DNA of 64,000 nt, from IMG/VR virus record IMGVR_UViG_3300020050_007362, positions 11,369-75,368 of that record. One strand, 5' to 3'. The translations under genes and the position numbers were made by a program. This stretch comes from a virus. Taxonomy: Duplodnaviria; Caudoviricetes. Every line of letters begins with the position of its first letter. The stretch's first letter is position 1. Positions 1 through 10,600 of this stretch are shown in pieces. Under the pieces are notes generated by a model that was not told the DNA's origin, ran no database searches, and was given only the letters and a program-made list of their open reading frames with translations.

Positions 1-71
1 CAGCTAGACATATCCCAGTAACCATAGAATACAAAGCGTCGCTTTCATCTGTTGTCGATTCTATACTGTGT

Positions 72-443
72 TTAACTATCATAATAGTTCCTATATGCAA
101 TAATAAATTGCTTAGTTATAACTTGACCATCATCGGTCGCCATAAAATTAGCAACACCTTTGATAACATCGTCTTTACAAAGCCAACGTTGTTCTTCTCC
201 GGTTAATGCTAAATTTACGGCTTCCAACATGGTATATTCTTTAATATCAGGTACTATTCCATCTCCAACTTTTACCTTTCTTTCTTCCCCTATCAATTCT
301 TTAACCATGCTGCGTAAGTCTTCAAGACTTACTGTAACTGGTGCGCTGACCGCAGCCGGTTCCTTAATAGGAGTTAACGTTTCCGCACTAGCTTTTAATG
401 CTGCGAGTTGTTGTTCAAGAGATAAAATAATTGGGCTTGTCAT
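72..443 (-). CDS. hypothetical phage protein, last gene of a tight three-gene unit
   Basis: 123-aa ORF; ATG 1 nt after the TAG (445-447) of the upstream hidden ORF; AAGG SD-like sequence upstream. Confidence 0.7.
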   Translation of the reverse strand: MTSPIILSLEQQLAALKASAETLTPIKEPAAVSAPVTVSLEDLRSMVKELIGEERKVKVGDGIVPDIKEYTMLEAVNLALTGEEQRWLCKDDVIKGVANFMATDDGQVITKQFIIAYRNYYDS

Positions 444-444
444 A

Positions 445-634
445 CTATACCTTTTTATTAATTAAACCATTTCGAGGACTGGGTTTCCCCTGCCCTCTAC
501 CGATGCTACCATTCCCATAAGACATATCTTTATACGTTTCAAGTGAAATATCTTCTGATTCATCATCTGAACAAGAATGTACTTCAGTTATGTTAGTAGT
601 AATAAAAATATCATCAAATGCTACGGGGATTCAT
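445..634 (-). pseudogene. hidden ORF lacking an in-frame start (frameshifted or read-through)
   Basis: 61 open codons (630-448, IPVAFDDIFITTNITEVHS...) in frame with the upstream TGA (631-633); the ATG at 634 joins them only if one C of the CCCC run (plus-strand GGGG 625-628) is skipped. Confidence 0.55.
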
Positions 635-1521
635 GCAACATTATTCGCTGTTTGAGTAGGACGATTGCCATTGCCAATAGTTACAGCAGTATTAGTAGCT
701 TGTTGAGCAGCAACTAATTGACCTAGCAAACCATTAGTAATAATTGCTTGTTGCTGCAATTGTGCTTGTGATTGAGCTTGAGCAACATTAGTAGTTACAT
801 TAACATTACCAGACTCAACTATACCTCTTGTAGTGGTATGTCTATGATCGTCCAAGGCAACAGCTAATTGACGTTGTAAGTCAAGTTCTCTGGAGTTAGG
901 AATAGATGCAGCCAGAGCAGCGATAGCTGTTCTAGTTTTATCACCATCATTATTAACAGCTTGTAGTGTTAAAGAACCTAATTGAGCAACGTTAGTATTT
1001 AACGCACCAAAAGCAGCAGCATTAGCTGTGTTACCATTCGTTACTGCGTTAATGACATTACCAGAAGCAGCTAGAGTAGTAGCAACCCCTTCACCACCTT
1101 GTTTAGCGATGGCAGCAGCACCTTCAGTTACGGCTTTGACAATGATACCTTGACCTTGCAAGTTAGCAATTTCAGATTGAAGAACAGCAGTGTTAGCAGC
1201 AGCGGTAGAAGCGGCCAAAGCAGCTTGTAATTGACCTTCTGCTTTCCAGATTTCTCCTTCAACATTACCCAAAGTTTGTGAATTTTGTGAACTGGTTACG
1301 ATGCCTTGGACATCAGCAGTAGTTAAACGATCAGCAGCAGCTACAGCAGCCGCATCAGTTCCACCACCGAGTAAATTAGTTCTACCCAATAACAAACCAA
1401 GTAACAGTCCGCCACCAAGACTTTCACCACCAGAACCTGTACCACCTAATAAATTGCCCATTTCCGCACCTTTTATCAACGAATTTAAATCAACATTACC
1501 TGTACTATCTGTGATAGCCAT
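631..1521 (-). CDS. Gly/Ala/Gln-rich hypothetical phage protein with a hydrophobic GGGLLLGLLLG segment
   Basis: ORF track 631-1572; GGAG SD precedes the ATG at 1521 (MAITDSTG), so the start is revised. Confidence 0.75.
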   Translation of the reverse strand: MAITDSTGNVDLNSLIKGAEMGNLLGGTGSGGESLGGGLLLGLLLGRTNLLGGGTDAAAVAAADRLTTADVQGIVTSSQNSQTLGNVEGEIWKAEGQLQAALAASTAAANTAVLQSEIANLQGQGIIVKAVTEGAAAIAKQGGEGVATTLAASGNVINAVTNGNTANAAAFGALNTNVAQLGSLTLQAVNNDGDKTRTAIAALAASIPNSRELDLQRQLAVALDDHRHTTTRGIVESGNVNVTTNVAQAQSQAQLQQQAIITNGLLGQLVAAQQATNTAVTIGNGNRPTQTANNVA

Positions 1522-1674
1522 AGTAATTCTCCTATACTTAACCCGGATGATGCCGGGACATCTGAGAAACATCTCTCAAAATCAACATAACGTTTAAGCT
1601 ATACTGATAATTTTAAGTGTAGTTGAAGATTTAAATCTTTAAAGGTGCGTAAAAAAAAAATATTTATAGGTTAA

Positions 1675-4600
1675 TTATTCCTCATCGTAATCTTGCAAAT
1701 CAAACGCTAATTCTAAATCTGGATCAGTGGTATAACCCCTAACCCCTCGTTTCTTTTCACCGAGTTTAGTAGCGTTAATTGACGCACTAATGTTTTGATT
1801 AGTAATAGGTTTAAGCGGATGACGTTCATTCCAAGCTGACACTTCTTTTTGTTTAGACGTATCACCTTTTCGTCTAGCGTTGGCCGCTGCATGGAGTATT
1901 CTTTGACGTTTACTTAATATACTTTTCTCAGCTTCTTTATAGTAGCCTCGTTCAGCATATTTCTGTTCCAGTTCAGCACTACCGAAACCAGCCATTTGCT
2001 CAAATATTTCCATAAATGACATTTCTTTTAGTTGAGCGCCATCGATTGAACTAGCCCCTTCAGCCATGAACCGGGTAGATTTAATAATATCTTTAATCAC
2101 TTTTGGTGAAGCGGTTTCAGCACCTCTGGCATAATTACCTTCTCCGGCCAAGCGTACACCTTCCCACACATTACCAACTAAGCCTCCAAATGGGCCAGCT
2201 ATAGATGATAGATATTGAGTAATCTCATCTCTACCTTCCATGTTCTGCATAGGTTCTCTAAAAATAGTATCCGCTAGAGACATACGACCGGCTACATCGC
2301 CTAATGGAATGCCGATAGTAGAGAAAGCGTTAAATAACCCTTTAGTAGCCGCTGTAGCAAAGAACTCACCGGTTAGATCAGTTAGTCCTACTCGAACTTC
2401 CCTTCTCCAATCCCATGGCTCATCGGCATCAGATATAGCGTCACCGATCATATTAACAACAACAGTTAATGCGCCCACTAAAGGCAATCCTAATGCACCT
2501 GCAAAAGACATTTGCATGGTTAATAACGCTACAAAAGTTCTTCCTGCTTGTTGGGACTCTAGTTTAGCCGCTGCTTTAGCGTCCTTTTCTTCTTGAGTTC
2601 CATCAGGCATCTTTTTCCAGCCGTTTAATTTATCGGCCAGTGTACGTCCCCAAAGATACAACATACCTTGTTGATATTTTTTGAACTGTAAAGCAATAGC
2701 CGCTGGCCAGCCTCTAAATATTCTAGCGGCGTTATCTGGTGAGTAGTTTAGTTGTGAACGATCATTAACATAACGTGCGTATTCAACAGCGTCCGCCCAT
2801 GCGCCAACATCTTCATTTCTGTTTTCACCCATCTTAATGCCTTTTTTAAGGGCTTCAGCTCTTGCTAATCGATAAGCGGCTATCAGTGTTACTTCACGAT
2901 TTAAGCGTTCAGCATGATGAAACATCCAGCCCATTTTCTTAGAAAACTCACCTAACTTACCGCCATGCTGATAACCTTCTTTACCAATCCCCATGATATC
3001 CATGGTTTGTGTCCTGGCAACAGTACCATCCTGTTTGAATAAGTTAAGCGCATCTATTTCACCTTTCAACTCCATATATTCAGGTGAAAATTCGGTCATT
3101 CTATTCAGGCGTTCTTGCATAATGGCGGATATAGACGCATTACCGTTTTCATCGTATTTACCGCTTTTTACAGATGCTATAAACTCATTGTAGGCATGGT
3201 TAAACTCTTTTAATACGTTGTTGAACTCATGCTTTCCAAGAGCTACCGGCATTGCTGCACCCGGTGTTTGGAATAAGTTCATAATGGTACTTGATATACT
3301 GGCACCTAAATTCCATAAGAAACCAAATTGTCTAATACTACCTGCTGCTTGATCCATAGCAGTGGTTGCTGAATTAACCATGGCGTTAAAAGTCATCTCT
3401 AACTCATCAACAATATCAACTGCTTTTACACGTTTTTCAGAAGTGTTTAGTAGTTTTGATCCGTCATAGATAGCTTGTGTTTTTTCGATAACTAAATCTA
3501 AAGCTTCTGTTGCATCATCCACATCCATTTTGCCAAAAGAGTTACGCAAATCCTTAGCCGCTCTTAGTAACTTAGCTTTATCGGTTAACTTAGCCCGTTT
3601 AATCTTATCTTCAAGCGGATCAACCATGCCTCTGGTTATTAAATTATCCCAATCATCAGATAACATTTGGAAAGCTTCATCGCTTACATTGTCATAAAGA
3701 GCTCTACCCCTTTCAATGGCATCGTTTAAAGCATCTAGGCTTCTATACTTATTACGTATTTTACGAACTTCTTTTAGTAAAATAACTTCAGGTGTATTTT
3801 CAGCTGCATTTATTTGCTCTTCTAATACACCGGGTTCAGAGAGTTCTTCCCAGTTTTCTAAAAGTAATCTGGCCGCTTCTATCTTCCGTAAACCGTCTTG
3901 TTGACGGTAAGGTGCGGTAGACATAGTGATAATATCGCGCAACTGTTTAATGGTTTGCTCCATTTTCTTACCCCATTTCATGTTACTGAATTGAGATGCA
4001 CCATGGGTCATGTGATTAGCGAAGTTGCGTTCTGCATCTTCTTCATAACCCTTAGTGCCTTTACGATGTTGAGCACTATGACGTAAAGAAACTTCAGGCA
4101 GTGTAGACAGGTACATTTGATAGATATCATCTCTTAGCTTTTCAGATATATCATCGTCAAGCCCAGCGCCGGATATCAACGTATTAATTTGTAAAATAAA
4201 GCTATCTGATCCGCCTTCTATTTTCAAAGCACTGCTGAAGGATTTACCGTCTGCAATAATAGAGTCTTCGCCGTTTAATTTCTTAAATTCTTCCAAAGCT
4301 TTATCACGCGCTTTTTGAGTTTCAAAATTACGGAAGGTCTTAGTGCCGTCTGTAAAGTTTCCATAAAACCAGAACTTACCGTAACGAGATAAAGGCGCGT
4401 AGTATTGTGATAATCGGTTAGCTTCGTAATGCAATCTAAGCAGTTTGTTCATTTCAATTCTACGATTGCCGTCTAGGATAGCTTCTCTTACATGATCTTC
4501 TAGCGTATCTTGTTTGGCATCAGCTAACTTATTTAACAGCTCATTAGACTGTACATAGAAGTCTTTAGACGCTTGTGGCATAGCGTTATATCGAGCTACT

Positions 4601-7600
4601 AAAGCAGGATGTTTAGCTTTTCTATCAGTATTTGGGTTTTTATAACGCGCTTCTGTAAAGGCAGCGTAACTTAATTCCTGTGCTTTTAAGAATTGCTCAA
4701 AGGTTTTAGCATCTTCTAAAGTGTTAAAAGCGGCGTTACCATTAAAAAAGGCTAATGGGTTTACCTTATTAATTGTATGTTGCTCATTAAGCTGATTAGC
4801 AAACTCAATGATTTCATTAGTATATTTGTTATTAAATTTAGCTTGAGTGAAAGCAAGATACCGTTCGCTTTCTATATCGGTAGCCGGCATTTTCTTAACG
4901 CCAGTCCAAGCTTTAGAAGCATCTACGTTAATAATGGTAGAATCTTGAACTACGCCGGTTAGTTCACCATGTTGCGCTTTGGTCAATATGTTATGGGTTA
5001 AAGCACTGACTTTATCACCTGCCAATACCCATTGCGTTTGTAAACCATCTCTTAACCTACGGTACTTCTCATAGCTATAAGCCGCAGGTAGGTATTTTTT
5101 ACAGTTTTCAACAAGTTGTTGTACTGATAAAAAGGCTAGTTTAGGCGAAGCTACTTGGCTAGATAACTTATCAAAGCCTTCTGAGATAATAGCTGACCAT
5201 TCTCTGTACTGCTGTTGGTATTGTGCTGATCCTTCAGTACCAGTGGCAGGAGCCGGACGGCTGTAACGAATATCATCGCTCTTTTCGGAGAACGCACCAA
5301 TATTAGCGGTTGCTGATTTGATTTGATTGGGGTTTTGAACTGCAAAAGCAATCCCAGACTCATCTTCTACATAAATAAGATCATCACCAGTACGCTCAAG
5401 AACGCTGGTAACTCTGTTTAACTTTTCATTATATTTAGTATAGGGTATGTCTCCGAAATGAACGGCTGTTTCTTTAGTGTTAAAGGGTGATCTTGCATTC
5501 AAATAAACCGCTATAGTGTCACCTTCTCCCATAGCAGCCATTATCGACCCAGCTTTTGAATCAGCAAACCATATAAGCCCTGCTGTTCCGCTTCTAAATT
5601 TAGTAAAATCATTTCCTTTTTGTCTAGTGTGATAAACAACAAGCGGTTCGCCATTCTCATCAACCACTTTAGAAGCGTTTTCTGGATCGTTAAGCCAATT
5701 TCCAAACCATTTTACGAACTCAGGTGTCCTCACTTGAGCGTGTTGAACCGCATTAAGGTTTGAAGGTTTGCCATTAGGCGCTAAAAGTTTTCCTTTTTGT
5801 ACACCCTGTGAAGAAGCCATAGCTGGGGTTCCACCAAACACCCACGCTTTATTTAATGTTCTACCGTGGATGGCGCTTTTCAAACTGGATACTAATAGTT
5901 CGTGCATATCAGCATCAGTTAGCGTTCCAGTAATGAAACCTCTAGCTAGGCCACGTTCCATCAGGAAGGCTTTAATTTTAGCAATCAGGCGACGATACCA
6001 TGGCAGGTTAGGGTTATTCTCTCCTAACTTAGCAATGACCTCAGAAATGAACTCCTTGCTGCCTTCATCTATATCAGGATAGAGTTTTTTAACTTGATTC
6101 CAAACACGTTGCGTTTCAGAACCCTCTACTCGTGATTGGTTACGGATTTGATTTTGTAAATCAGCGTAGCCTTTTAAACCCAGCATACGCTCAAGATTAA
6201 AATGCTCACCTAACTCATGTAAGACAACGGCTTTTATTCTATATCTAGCAGTAGATTGCAAATCGATATAAACCTTACCATTAAGGTAAACCGCTTCGGT
6301 AAAGAAACCTTCCGCTGCTTTTCTAGCCGATTCTGGCCAAGAGTCACGGCCTTGAGTTAAGTTAAGAACCTTAGTGTTAATAAGGTTGGCAATGCCAGGG
6401 CCGAACTGATCAATTAATTCGTTTTCAGCTTCTTGGGCATTGGCAAATGTATTTACATTTTTCGCTTCTTGTCTACTAAACTGAGGTTCAGATAAATTAA
6501 TACCTTCTAAAGAATCTAACCATCTTTGCATGGTCTCAGTAGGTAGGTATTGTTCATTAGATAAGAAAAAATTCTTTAAGGCTTTACCTAAACGAGAAAA
6601 AAACTTTTCTACTATGGATACAGGTTTATCAGAGGTGGTTGCCCATCTGGATACTTGATCTGAGAACCACTCTTTTTCTAAACTCCAATATCTATCTAAC
6701 CCCTCACTTGTTTTGCCTTCTAACCCTTTAGTAATTTTACCCATACTACGAGCACGTAAACTTTCAACATGCTCTCTAGCAGTTTTACCTTTTGTAGAAG
6801 CAAGCCATTTAGCGTAGTCTTCTTTTATGGCTTTCCTAGTAGTTTCATCAGCATTAATATAGCTAGTTCTTTCTAGTATATGCCCCATCTCATGCGAGAT
6901 GATTTCTAGCGTTTGAGTAAACTTAGCTTTAGGGCTGTACGCAATAATAAAATCCCCATTAGCTAACATACGCATGTTTCCCCCTTCATCCCCATCTAAA
7001 GCATGAGAAGGTATAGCTGCGTATTGCCCATGAAAACTTGCTGATTTAGCATCGTTGATAGTAGTAAAATAGACACGTTCCTTAATGCCCATTAACTTTT
7101 TCCACCCTTCTATAACACCTTTAATATTTTCAGGTACGTTTTCAGAATAAGCCGTATCTTCCCCGACTTTAAAAGGGCCATTAGGGTTAATTTCATTTAA
7201 CGCTTTATCTGCTTCTAACCATTTATTTTTAGCCTCAACAAGTGTTTTCTTTTCATCAGTGGAAACCATATTTCCTGTATAACTTTCAATATCAACTCTA
7301 GTTCTACCTTCACCTTCTTTAGCCGCAAGAAATAATGGTTTACCACTTAGAACACTGTGCCCTTTAATTAAAGCTATGCCTTCACCCCCTTTTCCTAAAG
7401 ATAGATGTACAACCTCCCCACCCAAATCAGTAGCATGGTCTTGCGCCCATTGAGGGGGGTTTTCTATTTTAGGCTTAACTATTTCTGTTTTCTTTACAGG
7501 TTCAGCTAATTCTCTAGCCGCTGCTTCATCTTCTATTTGCTCAGGTGTGGCTAGGGGTTCTATTTGTTTAGCGTCTGTTAAAGCATCTATAACCGGTTTA

Positions 7601-10600
7601 GTTTCAGTAACAAATTCTTTTATCTCAGCAGGTGTTAATTGTTCTTGCATGTCTTTAATAGACTGCTCAAAATCAACAGCGGTAAGACCTGCACCTAAAA
7701 TATATTCATATTCTTTGGATAAGTCATCTGGTAAAGATTCTAACTGTTTAGTTAGTTCTGCATCAGCCGTTTGCCAATCTGCTTTATCTAACTTAATAAA
7801 ATTAGCATTTACGCTTTTTACAAAACTGAATACTTCAGCTGCTTTTTGATTAGTTTTAGCGGCTTTTGCTAAAGCTCTATAGGATGCACCATCGCTTGAT
7901 GGGTGACTCTTCAAATAGAACATAACCGCACTAAATAGTCTATCTGCTAATTGTGCTTTAGAAAGTCTAGGTGCAATTTCTGTTTTCTTTACAGGTTCAG
8001 CTAATTCTCTAGCGGCTTTTAAAACACCGTTTTGAGCTATTGCCAAACCTTCAGTGTTCTTTGTTTCTGCGTATCTTAATAGAGGTTCTATTAATTGATC
8101 CGGTATACTGGAAGGCCAATCTTTTAAATTATTACGGTTTAATACACCTGCTCTATCTTGGCCTGTTCTGATAACCGCTATAGCGGCATCATAAGGCCCA
8201 GCATTGATAGGCATAATATCTATTTCATTTCTATTAGGAATGAATAGGTAGGTATGGTTGCCATAATCTAAAGCAACTCTAGCATCGTCGTATTCTTGCT
8301 CTGCTTTAGTTGCATCTCTTAAAAAGACAGTTTCTGTTTTCTGTACGGGTTCAGCTCTACCTAAATCTTTAATACCTTCTTCATCAAATAATCCGGCAGT
8401 TGCTGTACCACCAAAGCCTAACATTTCATCTTCAAGCGTATCGAGTTCTCTATCAGCTCGTGCTTTTTGCTCAGCAGCTAAATCAGCAGCCGCTTTTTCA
8501 GCCGCTAATCGTTTAGCTTCTTTTTGCTGTTCGAGTATTTCTTCTTGCGTATAGGTCTTTAATAAAGGCGCACCCGGTGTATAAGGTTTTACTTCTTCTG
8601 TTTCTCTTCCTGCCGCCTCTTCGCCGCCTTCAAAACCGCCAACATCTGTTCCCTCGTCATATCCATCAGTAAATCCCCAAAAGTCATTAAGATCATCGCC
8701 GGTTACTATGTCACCGTAGTTAAAATCGTCTTCTACATATTCAATAGCATCGTCAAAATCTGTGCTATCTATAAGTCCTTCTTCTACAGCGTCGTCATAT
8801 TTTTGTAATTGTCTTGCTTGCTCATCATTGAAATTTTCTTTTTCTTGAATAGCCAATAGGTTTTCATGGCCAGCTGGCGTGTAGTATTCGTTTCCTCTTA
8901 ATGAGTCATATAGCAATTCTGATAAACCATTTTCACCGTCTATATCATAGCCGTATTGATTTAAAGAAGTTGCCATGTCATCCATGGTTAACGCATTAGT
9001 ACCATTATTAAAAATGGCTTGGTAACGCCTTCCTTTATAATCAGAGAAAGCCGATTTAGGTCCGTTAGCGTCCCTAATGCCGCCTAATTTTTTAATAGCG
9101 CCTTGAAGCTCTTCTAATCCAGAGGGTGTTGTGTAAAAAGCCGCTTTTGCTTTTCTTACCTTTTTAGGCTTTATTGGTTTATCCCAAACTTCATTGGTCT
9201 TAGCTTTTAGATCGGCCATTGACATAGCGGTAATAGCGCCAAAGCCACTCCAACCTGAATTATAGTTTCTTAAGTACGCATCTTTAGCCGCATTAATATT
9301 AGGATAGCCAAGCATAACCTTATGCTCATCAAATTTATTAGTCTGTTTACCGTTATCATCAACTACATACTGATCAACTACGTAAGCGTATTTAGTTTTA
9401 TCTTCTTGTTCTTTGGTAAGCCCAACAGGTGTAAATACATCAAGATGATCTTTATCCGCACCCCTTACATTAGGCATACTTCCATAGTTATCTTCTAATT
9501 GTATTTCCCATTTTTCACCATTGGCATCTGTACCGGAGCGAACAGTTCCCGCTGGGTTTTCAATAGCGACATGAATACCTTGGAAATCAGCACCGGTTAA
9601 AGGGTAGGCTTCTTTTGCTTCAATAGCGGCTTTGCTGGGTGTTTGTTGTTGATCAGCTGCTGCTGAGACAGGTGCTTGTTTTGCTTCTGGTGCTTTTTCT
9701 TCTGTTTTATAGCCAACAAATTCTAAAGTGCCATCAGGTAATGTAATTGTTTCTGCTTTTGGCAATTGAACAGGAGTTACTTTAATATCGCTGGTAGCAA
9801 TCCATGATTCTACACCGGAAGCTGATCTTACTCTTACTCTTCCATAGGAAGGTGCAGATACAGCAGTAACTTGCTCGCCGTCTTTAGTTTGTAAAGGTGC
9901 ACCCTCTCTAATTTTATTAGCAAAGGCAACATTTTTTACGTTTTCTTTATCCGTATAAAGTCCGGTAATACGTCTTCTCTCAGCAGATAGCTTTTGGCCA
10001 GCCGCATTTAAACGCTTACCTCGTTCTTGAGAGTCACTGATACTATTTGCATATTCTATTTCAAGATTATGGTTTTCGTTAGCGGCATCCCATTCAGTTC
10101 GTTGCGTCGGTGTTAATCTATCAAGATTAACTTTTACGTTATTAACTATGTTCTGTTCTACAGGCGCTACTTTTTGCTCTTCTTGCCCTTGGTCTTCTTG
10201 CCCTTCTTTATCGATCTGGGTTGTGTCTTTGCCTTGGTCATACGCTGTTAATCCTGTAGTAGCTTCCGCACCCGTTGGAGGAATGACGGTTTCACCTTGG
10301 GCTTCGCCCATTGAAGGAGGTGCCTGTTCAGTAGTACCTGCTCCTGGTGTTGTTGGTTGTGCTGCTGTAGTTGGTGTAGCTGTTTCTTTAAGGCCATTTT
10401 CTGTTGTTTCTTGTTGTATCGTTCTAAGTTGTGATAATCGAAGTGTAATATTGTGTATTAAATCGCCTTCACTGGCTTTTAAATACGGCGCACCTAAATC
10501 TTTTGCTATCGTTCTTAATCTTCCTAAGTTAGCGACAGGTGGTGTCGTTCCGTTTTCTACAGCTTGTCTTTTTTGATCTAATAAATCACTAATAGCAAAA

